Shown here: positions 1 to 7,082 of the stretch, in pieces | How the letters are laid out: each line of letters begins with the position of its first letter | Numbering within the stretch: the first letter of the stretch is position 1 | Virus record (IMG/VR): IMGVR_UViG_3300021425_000021 | DNA length: 20,000 bases | Origin: an uncultured virus (IMG/VR IMGVR_UViG_3300021425_000021) | Taxonomy: Duplodnaviria > Heunggongvirae > Uroviricota > Caudoviricetes | Reading direction: 5' to 3' (one strand) | Translations under genes and position numbers: made by a program | Notes under the pieces: generated by a model | Seen by the model: only the letters and a program-made list of their open reading frames with translations | What the model was told of the DNA's origin: nothing | Databases searched by the model: none

Positions 1-707
1 GTTTTTTGTACACCTCCTTCATAAAGCTTATGAAACATATTACCAATACCATTTGCGGTAGAAGTAATAATGACGCGTGAGGTTTTACCAGATGACACGA
101 CTGGATATGTTGAGGTATAAAACTCAGTGTCATTTTCAACAAACGCAAACTCATCGAGATAAAGAAGACTTACAGACTTACCACGAATAGAAGATGATGA
201 AGTTGCATGCGCTTCAATTCGAGTGTTATTTGAAAACTCAATGCTACCTTTGTTTAATGCCTTACAACCTGGTTGTAAAAAGAATGGTAGATTCTCGAGC
301 ATTAATGTGATACGAGATAGCATCTCTTTTGATGTTGCGGCTTTGTTAGCAAGAACAGCAATGAGTTTGTCAGAATGAAAAATAGAATACCAAAGCAAAT
401 ACGCACAAACCGAAATAGACTTACCTGATTGTCGACAAGCAAGAACAACATTAAATCTATTATCATTGAAAGTTTTAAATAGCTTTTTCTGATAATCATA
501 TGGCTTAAAGTATACTAAACCTTTATCAATATGAATAATCTTAATATAGTTCTCAACAAAATAATCAACTGATTGTTTACAACGTACGTATTCTTCTAGT
601 TCCTCTTGCGTAAAAGAGTGTTGAACGCCATCTCTCTTAACAGAAATATTGCCCAAATAGCCTTTATGCTGGTCGGTATTTTTTTCTAGATTAATCTTCG
701 GTTTCAT
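1..707 (-). CDS. gp17: Large terminase subunit (T4 gp17-like), N-terminal ATPase part; 3' end runs off the window
   Basis: Manual translation from ATG at 707 is open to the window edge: MKPKINLEKNTDQHKGYLGNISVKRDG...FKPYDYQ...VLACRQSGKS (Walker A)...IRGKSVSLLYLDEFAF (Walker B)...IITSTANG (coupling motif). It follows gp16 and overlaps its end. Confidence 0.96.
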   Translation of the reverse strand, partial: MKPKINLEKNTDQHKGYLGNISVKRDGVQHSFTQEELEEYVRCKQSVDYFVENYIKIIHIDKGLVYFKPYDYQKKLFKTFNDNRFNVVLACRQSGKSISVCAYLLWYSIFHSDKLIAVLANKAATSKEMLSRITLMLENLPFFLQPGCKALNKGSIEFSNNTRIEAHATSSSSIRGKSVSLLYLDEFAFVENDTEFYTSTYPVVSSGKTSRVIITSTANGIGNMFHKLYEGGVQK

Positions 708-1107
708 CAAAATCTGCGTCAATTATTTCATTACGTACATTATCTATAGCAGAAAGAAGTTCTTGAGTTGTGCCTTCAAAGGCTACCGTAGGTTGTTCGT
801 TTTCCTGTAGCAACTGCTTAGGGCGATCTGCCGGTGAGGGTCCATCCTGAGTAATAACTTGCATTTTTCTCTGTAGATCAACCAACTTACTATTTATATC
901 CGCAGTATGCTTAATGCCATTGAAAAGAACTTCATACGCTCTTGGATGCTCTGCGTCCTTCGAAAGCTGTTGCAAATCTTGAATCGCATCAATAGAAACC
1001 TGAATTAGCTCATGATACGTGTCGCGCGAAAACGTATAATCCTTTTCAAGATCATCTGCCTCATCAATTTTAGCAATTAACTTTTTTGCGGTTTCTTTGT
1101 TATCCAC
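691..1107 (-). CDS. gp16: Small terminase subunit (T4 gp16-like)
   Basis: Motifs DYTFSRDTYHELI, EHPRAYEV, KLVDLQRKM and FEGTTQELL are typical of T4-like gp16, and the gene sits directly before gp17. The ORF track starts it at GTG 1149; GTG 1107 (preceded by AAAGAG, with minimal overlap) is my preferred start, but the start is uncertain. Confidence 0.9.
   Translation of the reverse strand: MDNKETAKKLIAKIDEADDLEKDYTFSRDTYHELIQVSIDAIQDLQQLSKDAEHPRAYEVLFNGIKHTADINSKLVDLQRKMQVITQDGPSPADRPKQLLQENEQPTVAFEGTTQELLSAIDNVRNEIIDADFDETED
891..898 (-). promoter_or_regulatory. Possible T4-type late promoter (TATAAATA) inside gp16, ~185 bp upstream of the gp17 start
   Basis: Exact TATTTATA on the + strand. 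It is intragenic, so it could be chance. Confidence 0.4.
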
Positions 1108-1588
1108 GTTGGAACTCTTTAAATGTCTTACGCTCGGTCTTTGGCTCACTTAGTTCTTGATACTTACGAAACGTCTGATACGTCGAAGGAGGGATGAGAC
1201 CGAGTTTACCATCTGTTACTTTCTTTAGCAGCATATGAGCAACAAGAACCGTTGCCGGCCCAGTGCCCGGTATTGGAACTGCAGCAAAAGCTCCAAGACC
1301 TATCATACGAAGAAAGTCACCCGTCAACTTAGCCATAGACCTACTAGCCTTTGCTAATGTCTCAGGACTAGGGTTTGCCACCGCAGCTTCAATATTACTA
1401 AACTCACGATTATACGTATCGCTAAACGCTTTAGACATTTTCTCAAGAGACGCTGCTCTATCAGCTTTCTTAAGAGTTAGCGCCTGACCAAAGAACTTAA
1501 TTATGCCATCCATAAGGTCAGAGTTATCAGAACCAATAATTTTCCTGAGGCTATCAACAAACCCTTCGTCTAGTATTTCTTCGTTCAT
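1100..1588 (-). CDS. Hypothetical protein inserted between gp15 and gp16; candidate head-internal protein
   Basis: 162-aa ORF coupled to the gp15 stop (TAATG). It has N-terminal ILDEG, a Gly/Ala hydrophobic segment (LRMIGLGAFAAVPIPGTGPATVLVAHMLL) and C-terminal KTFKEF. Confidence 0.8.
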   Translation of the reverse strand: MNEEILDEGFVDSLRKIIGSDNSDLMDGIIKFFGQALTLKKADRAASLEKMSKAFSDTYNREFSNIEAAVANPSPETLAKASRSMAKLTGDFLRMIGLGAFAAVPIPGTGPATVLVAHMLLKKVTDGKLGLIPPSTYQTFRKYQELSEPKTERKTFKEFQRG

Positions 1589-2349
1589 TACTCAAACCCA
1601 TATGTATATGTTAAATCAATAGTATGTGTATCATTTGGATCATTTGCAGATTGTGGATTTACTGATTGTGTAATTGTTAACTCATCAGTGGTATTAGACG
1701 AATCAGTAAAGTTTACAATAGAATTCAATATGACATTCTTATTATCGTCAATTCTGCCGAAAATATTCATTCTGACATCAAACGCTAAAGTGTATACGAT
1801 CTTACGATTTCTAACAAAATCATTCTCATATGTGTCTTCCTTTGATACATTCAGCAGCTTAAATATAACTTCATCTGTAAATGTTTCACCATCAATTGGA
1901 TAATAAGAACGACGAATAGATGGCTTAAAATAAGGAATAATTTGCTCTACGATTTGTAAAGCTTCATCTTGAGTTTTTGCGTATACTAATAAATTAAGAG
2001 GAATAATGTATGGAGCTGGTGAATATACCGACACTGGATCACCTGCTGCATTTACTAATTTACATACATTATTTTTCGGAAGCTGGCGCTCGGTATCATA
2101 CGTAAGCGCACCCGCAATTTCAAATGACATTCTAGGTAACGTTAGTGCTACGCGTTCATCTGTCAAATCTGGATTTTCTGCTAAGCGAACTAGAAATGAT
2201 TCTCTTGGCGCATATGCTAAAGGAACTCGCCTTTGATTCGATAGTTTACCAGAACCATCTTTTCGAGCAACGTGTATATCATTAAACATATCACCAAATA
2301 GGGCAACGATTTTTCTAATAATACCGTTATATGAATATGTTCCGTACAT
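1588..2349 (-). CDS. gp15: Tail sheath stabiliser / tail terminator (T4 gp15-like)
   Basis: IRKIVALFGDMFNDIHV, VPLAYAPRESFL, LPRMSFEI and QIVEQIIPYFKP; gene order 13-14-15. Confidence 0.95.
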   Translation of the reverse strand: MYGTYSYNGIIRKIVALFGDMFNDIHVARKDGSGKLSNQRRVPLAYAPRESFLVRLAENPDLTDERVALTLPRMSFEIAGALTYDTERQLPKNNVCKLVNAAGDPVSVYSPAPYIIPLNLLVYAKTQDEALQIVEQIIPYFKPSIRRSYYPIDGETFTDEVIFKLLNVSKEDTYENDFVRNRKIVYTLAFDVRMNIFGRIDDNKNVILNSIVNFTDSSNTTDELTITQSVNPQSANDPNDTHTIDLTYTYGFE

Positions 2350-3362
2350 TAAAAATCACCAAATGGGTTTGTAGAATCGAAAGCTGTTATGCTATCAGCG
2401 ATCTCTTCAATCTGGTCATTACTAGAATAACCTGTGTTATTGTTTTCACTAATAGAAAGTATAGTGGCTGTTTGTCCAGATGTTTTTCCGGTAATGGTTC
2501 CAGCGCTAAACGTAACAAACTTATTCGATTCATTACGCACATTTGATACATGCATAAGATTTATGTTATTACCATTCGATAATTTTTGGATTTCAGCAGT
2601 AACAGTATTTGAGCCAACAGTTTGAGAGACTAATTCACCGTCGGTAAATCCTGATACCGAATCAACCGTAAGTATATACTCAGTGGCAAATTTATGTTCA
2701 TCAATTCCAATATCATCAAGATCCATATTTTCTCCGGAGTACTCAAAGAGTGAGGCGTTAAGTTTATATACCGGAAGATTATTGAGTTGATAAAAAGGTT
2801 TTTCATGCTCAACGAAGGTAATTTCAAAAATAGTATTAGATGCTGGCATATAGATAAGATCACCTTCTCGAGGACGAGAAAACTCATCTATATTAGTTCC
2901 ACTTAAAACAGGATCTTCTTGACTATTATTTGAATCATGTCTTGAGAGTATGACATTTGGACCTTCGATACTCACGGTTCTAGATTTAATTATATTGCCA
3001 GCACGGTCTAATGTTTCAATTCTATCTGTAGCGGTAGGAAGAAACCCTTGGGCTACTACACTTTCCCATCTACTCTTTGCAACAACAAATGTAGCTTCGT
3101 CGCGAATCTCTACGCCAAACTTTTGGAATATATCGCCGCTATCAAATCCTGTTTTATTTTCAATATACATTTCGATTTGTAACGAGTTTTTAAATTTAGA
3201 GAAAATGTCTTCTCCAAAAATATTATCTTTCGTTACAATTTCTCGCGGCACATAATGATAATCTTGGCCATATATTTTTAAGGCCTCAATAATAAGATTC
3301 TCATATAGACTTTGTTGAGTACTAAGCCCGCCGCTTTCAGTAAAATTTGGATTGAGTGCCAT
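2349..3362 (-). CDS. gp14: Neck protein (T4 gp14-like)
   Basis: MALNPNF, ENLIIEALKIYGQD..YVPRE, KFGVEIRDEATFVV, RPREGDLIY, FEITFVEHEKPFYQL and C-terminal NPFGDF. Confidence 0.95.
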   Translation of the reverse strand: MALNPNFTESGGLSTQQSLYENLIIEALKIYGQDYHYVPREIVTKDNIFGEDIFSKFKNSLQIEMYIENKTGFDSGDIFQKFGVEIRDEATFVVAKSRWESVVAQGFLPTATDRIETLDRAGNIIKSRTVSIEGPNVILSRHDSNNSQEDPVLSGTNIDEFSRPREGDLIYMPASNTIFEITFVEHEKPFYQLNNLPVYKLNASLFEYSGENMDLDDIGIDEHKFATEYILTVDSVSGFTDGELVSQTVGSNTVTAEIQKLSNGNNINLMHVSNVRNESNKFVTFSAGTITGKTSGQTATILSISENNNTGYSSNDQIEEIADSITAFDSTNPFGDF

Positions 3363-3366
3363 TTAC

Positions 3367-4116
3367 TTATCCAATAAAAAAATCAACCGGCGGTTGATAC
3401 CTGCGTTGCATCTCGTCTTCGAGCTCAGCTTGACGCGCTTTTCCTTCATTATAAATTGTAGTGCCGTCCATAGTAATACCACCAATTAGTTCAACACCGT
3501 TAAACTTAATTAGATTTAGACCCCATTGCTTTTGTATTAAAGCTTGAGCATATGCCTTTAGCCAACGGTCATTCCACGCATTTGCGGTTGCGGCTGGATC
3601 AATGAAGCGATATCCACGTGTTACGATATAGTCTCCAGGCTTAACATCGTCATCCCAATCAAGTTGAATATTTAATTTATTTTCGTAACGTGAATATTGA
3701 AAATGATCTATACCCTGAAATAAATCATCTAAAAGGCCAAGATATTGTCTGGCTTGTACGTATGTAGTAACACCGCCCGAAAATGATAAATCAAATAAGT
3801 CATTCAAATGTAATTGATACTCAATGTTGAACAGAGAGCTATCAAAACCAGACCTTTGATTAATTGGAATTACTCGAGTAATATATGCTACATTGTTTCC
3901 AACCGTGATATATTCATTATCAATGTCCGTTTGAGTCAGTTGTGTTTTAAAATAGTCTTCAACTAACGCATCTACATGAAACTCTTGCCAATATTGAATA
4001 GCATCATCAATACGATCTTCAACTTGATTATCAGATACATTGATTTCTAGAACATCTTTACCAAGTGCTCTTAAGCAGAATTCTTTAAAATCAGTGCGTG
4101 TTCCTGGCTGTGCCAT
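3367..4116 (-). CDS. gp13: Neck protein (T4 gp13-like)
   Basis: KEFCLRALG..VLEINV...QVEDRIDDAIQ, WNDRWLKAYAQALIQKQWGLNLIKF.GVEL.GG and C-terminal PPVDFFIG. Upstream AAAAGGA ribosome-binding site. Confidence 0.96.
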   Translation of the reverse strand: MAQPGTRTDFKEFCLRALGKDVLEINVSDNQVEDRIDDAIQYWQEFHVDALVEDYFKTQLTQTDIDNEYITVGNNVAYITRVIPINQRSGFDSSLFNIEYQLHLNDLFDLSFSGGVTTYVQARQYLGLLDDLFQGIDHFQYSRYENKLNIQLDWDDDVKPGDYIVTRGYRFIDPAATANAWNDRWLKAYAQALIQKQWGLNLIKFNGVELIGGITMDGTTIYNEGKARQAELEDEMQRRYQPPVDFFIG

Positions 4117-4136
4117 TAATGTATCCTTTTAGAATA

Positions 4137-4144
4137 TATTTATA
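4137..4144 (-). promoter_or_regulatory. T4-type late promoter (TATAAATA) for gp13
   Basis: Exact motif 20 bp upstream of the gp13 ATG, overlapping the upstream gene's stop codon and followed by an SD-like AAAAGGA. Confidence 0.8.
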
Positions 4145-4559
4145 TGATCCTATCAAGTACAAGAGTGATAGTACCATCATCTTGAACAGTTCCTTCGCCA
4201 TCACGTATTTCAAAAAAGATTTGAGAAGTTGCTGAGTTAGTACCAGTGAGAGACCAGGTGCGTGATGATGTGAGAGCTTGCCATGTATTGAGCGTGCCTG
4301 ATGGTGTTGAACCACTACTAAGAGTTGCTCGTATCTCATAGTCGCCTGGGGCAGATGACTTTGGATCGACCCAATCACCTAACGAAGCTGAAGGCGTGCC
4401 AGACGGCGCAACAATGTCACCGTCAGATTGAAACTGCACAGAAGCAGTATTTGTTCCCGAAACAAACTGAGTCGTGATAGTTCTTGTAGGAACTCTGATA
4501 ACATCAGCCGGCTCTGCCGAGTTAATACACTGCGCCAGCATATGAAGAATCATACTCAT
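4140..4559 (-). CDS. Small Ser/Thr/Gly-rich beta-type protein; putative fibre-tip or fibre-associated subunit
   Basis: 139-aa ORF coupled to the fibre gene (TAATG), with a short hydrophobic N-terminus (MSMILHMLA). Function is inferred from position and composition only. Confidence 0.6.
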   Translation of the reverse strand: MSMILHMLAQCINSAEPADVIRVPTRTITTQFVSGTNTASVQFQSDGDIVAPSGTPSASLGDWVDPKSSAPGDYEIRATLSSGSTPSGTLNTWQALTSSRTWSLTGTNSATSQIFFEIRDGEGTVQDDGTITLVLDRII

Positions 4560-6877
4560 TAAGTTAGATTTCCAAATACATGACAGTCTGTGCTAGTACG
4601 AAATAATACCGCCATAGTACTATTTCCTGCCAAAGTTACTGAAGCAGTATTAGCACCATTAAAGAACATAGACAAACCAGATCCACGCGTAATAGTTCTA
4701 GAAGTACTTCCAGTACTAATGATAACAATATCACGTCCTGTAAAGGTTCCACTTGGTATTGTTATATCACCATCCGCGAATACAACTGTATTAGCATCAG
4801 CCGATGTAATAGAAGTACGAGACGCTCCGGTAGATCGTCCAGTTATGGTGTCAGCGGTAAAGTCACCACTAACATCAACGTCGGTTGGCAAGCCAATAGT
4901 AACAGTAGAACCTTCTGATCCAGAACCAGATACTTCTACTTCATTGGCTGTTCCAGCGATTGTTGCAATATAATTACCTGTTGTGTTTGTTCCTAAAGCA
5001 ACTGCATTATTTGTTATTGTTGCGGTCAATGTTCCAGAAGCAAGATTCGTAAGAGTAACTGATCCGCTTAAGTCTCCGGCAAGAGTAATGACCGGATCAG
5101 GAATATTAGTAAAGTTTGCAAACTCTAGGTAATGTGATCCTTGTTGACCATCGAGTAAATCAGCATCTAAGCCAGAAGTAGCACCATCATTGCCAGCATG
5201 CCAAATAACGTTATTAGTATTATTATCTCTAATATATACGCTTGATACGTTTCCATTATCTATGCCAGAAAATATATGAGAACCTTCTGTTTCAATGAAA
5301 AGAGAACCACCGTTTTGTCTGATGCGCGATTCGTCAGATCCAGAGCCTTGATCAGTTTCATTAAGAATAATTCTAGGCTCAGCCAAAGAAACTGTTAAGT
5401 TACCGGTGATAGTTCCACCGGTAGAAGCTAAGTAACTTAGGGCTGGAATTCTTGCTGAGTCAAATGTGCCTGTTGTAACCTTTGACGCATCAAGACTAGG
5501 GATTCTAGCGGAGGCAAAGGTTCCGGTAGTAATTTTTGATGTGTCTAGACTTGGAATACGAGATGCTGAAAACGTTCCAGAAGTAATCTTTGACGCGTCA
5601 AGACTAGGGATTCTAGCTAAGGCAAGGGTTCCGGTAGTAATGTCAGCCGCATCATGAGTTTGAGCAGTTAGCTCTTGCTGAACAAATTCTGTAGTTGCTA
5701 ATCGTGTTGAATCATTACCGGTCGCCTGTGTTACTGCGGTTGGGTTTCCGGTAAAAGTAGGAGAAGCCAATGGCGCTTTCAAATCTAATGCCGTTTGAAG
5801 ACCATCAATATTACCAATCACATGGTTATGAGAATCATCGACAATAGAAACTGTAAGAGTACCAGACGCAAGATTTGTTAGCGTCACACTACCTGTCGCA
5901 TCACCCGCTAAGGTTATGACTGGATCAGCAACATTTGTCAGATTAGTAAAGTCTAAGTAGTATGATCCTTCTTGACCGTCAAGTAAGTCAGCGTCTAGTC
6001 CCGATCCAGAACCAGCGGCAAATCTAGCGGTTGGAATAGTTCCAGAGCTAAGATTACTTGCGTTAGTGTAGTAGCTACCTTGTTGACCATCGAGTAAATC
6101 GGCATCTAGACCAGAAGCAGCGCCATCATTACCAGCATGCCATACTGTATTCGATGATACTGCCAACACACCGGTCGATGTGTTCCACGTAAAATTAGAA
6201 TTACCTTCGATCGTACCATCACCCGTCCATACCGCAACTTGATTATCTGCTGGCGTACCAACTTTTAAAACATCACCGCCACCAGAAGCAGCAACTGCGC
6301 TTTGTACGAATTGGGTTGTAGCAATTTGAGCTGTAGAAGTTCCAGACGTAGCAGTTGGCGCCGTAGGAGTTCCGGTCAAAGCCGGTGAAGCTAGGGTAGC
6401 ATATGTGCCAAAGTCAGAAATCTGCGACTCAGTAATTGATAGAGCGGCTTGATGTTGAGTGACATTTGACTGCGCAATTCGAGCATCTAAAAAGGTGCCA
6501 GAAGTAATAGCGCTTGTAGATAAACTTAAACTGCCGATTTCCTGCTGAACAAATGCTGTAGTAGCTATTTGTGTAGTATTAGTCGATCCAGAAGCAGTTG
6601 GTGCCGCTGGCGTTCCAGTAAAAGTAGGAGAGGCTAACGATGCTTTACCTGCTAAGTCAGCATCAACCTCATTAATAGCAACAACTAAGTTGCCGTTGGC
6701 GGTTGTTGTAAGTGATGATAACGTGCCAATCTCGCCATCAATTTCGTTAATTGCGGTTGCAACACTAGTTGCCGTAGTCGTAAGAGTAGAGATTTCGCCT
6801 ACGTCTGTCACGAAAAGATTATATTGATCTGCCCATGCACCGAGTAGTGTTGAATCTGTTACTGATCTATCTGCCAT
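4559..6877 (-). CDS. Repeat-rich tail fibre-like protein (772 aa)
   Basis: Contains motifs typical of phage fibres: TLTTTA..V..AINE x2, LASP.FTG.P.APT...T.IATT.FVQ x3, GLDADLLDGQ x3, DPVITLAGD..GSVTLTNLASGTLT x2 and RIPSLD.SK.T.GTF x3. It occupies the slot between the baseplate and neck genes. Confidence 0.85.
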   Translation of the reverse strand: MADRSVTDSTLLGAWADQYNLFVTDVGEISTLTTTATSVATAINEIDGEIGTLSSLTTTANGNLVVAINEVDADLAGKASLASPTFTGTPAAPTASGSTNTTQIATTAFVQQEIGSLSLSTSAITSGTFLDARIAQSNVTQHQAALSITESQISDFGTYATLASPALTGTPTAPTATSGTSTAQIATTQFVQSAVAASGGGDVLKVGTPADNQVAVWTGDGTIEGNSNFTWNTSTGVLAVSSNTVWHAGNDGAASGLDADLLDGQQGSYYTNASNLSSGTIPTARFAAGSGSGLDADLLDGQEGSYYLDFTNLTNVADPVITLAGDATGSVTLTNLASGTLTVSIVDDSHNHVIGNIDGLQTALDLKAPLASPTFTGNPTAVTQATGNDSTRLATTEFVQQELTAQTHDAADITTGTLALARIPSLDASKITSGTFSASRIPSLDTSKITTGTFASARIPSLDASKVTTGTFDSARIPALSYLASTGGTITGNLTVSLAEPRIILNETDQGSGSDESRIRQNGGSLFIETEGSHIFSGIDNGNVSSVYIRDNNTNNVIWHAGNDGATSGLDADLLDGQQGSHYLEFANFTNIPDPVITLAGDLSGSVTLTNLASGTLTATITNNAVALGTNTTGNYIATIAGTANEVEVSGSGSEGSTVTIGLPTDVDVSGDFTADTITGRSTGASRTSITSADANTVVFADGDITIPSGTFTGRDIVIISTGSTSRTITRGSGLSMFFNGANTASVTLAGNSTMAVLFRTSTDCHVFGNLT
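5141..6142 (-). repeat. Dispersed ~60-bp direct repeat encoding WHAGNDGA.SGLDADLLDGQQ (copies at ~5141-5203 and ~6080-6142; a partial third copy at ~5960-6005)
   Basis: tgttgaccatcgagtaaatc occurs at 5142 and 6081 (939 bp apart, in frame), with high identity continuing through ccagcatgcca. Confidence 0.85.
5445..5650 (-). repeat. Coding tandem repeat, 54-bp (18-aa) unit, ~3.5-4 copies
   Basis: Units RIPSLDASKITSGTFSAS / RIPSLDTSKITTGTFASA / RIPSLDASKVTTGTFDSA. The DNA tttgacgc.tcaagactagggattctagc recurs at 5481 and 5589, 108 bp apart. Confidence 0.9.
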
Positions 6878-7082
6878 TCTTTAACTCTTGAACTGTGCTG
6901 TTTAACTTATTTATCTGCTCACGTAATTCATTTAATTCTGTTCTAAGCATTTTTAGCTCTATGTCTTTTTCTCTTTGAGCCGATGCTATTTGCCTCGCTG
7001 CCTCTAACTTTTTCCTATTGACAGAAACAATTGCTCCATCTTTATTACGCCTAAGATCAGGTTTACCTTCAACTTTTAACAT
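6867..7082 (-). CDS. Small coiled-coil protein of a type seen after VrlC-like genes in T4-like phages
   Basis: KVEG.PDL.R...GAIV N-terminus plus a heptad C-terminus (ELKMLRTELNELREQINKL). Coupled to the upstream gene by TAATG. Confidence 0.75.
   Translation of the reverse strand: MLKVEGKPDLRRNKDGAIVSVNRKKLEAARQIASAQREKDIELKMLRTELNELREQINKLNSTVQELKNGR

Noticed and set aside
302..499. 65-aa ORF from the track
   Set aside because: It is an alternative frame inside gp17, which has clear ATPase motifs.
1..707. Intein or intron in the terminase
   Set aside because: The visible part reads continuously from Walker A through Walker B to the coupling motif with normal spacing.
5445..5650. CRISPR-like array
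   Set aside because: The repeats are in-frame coding units with synonymous variation and no unique spacers.
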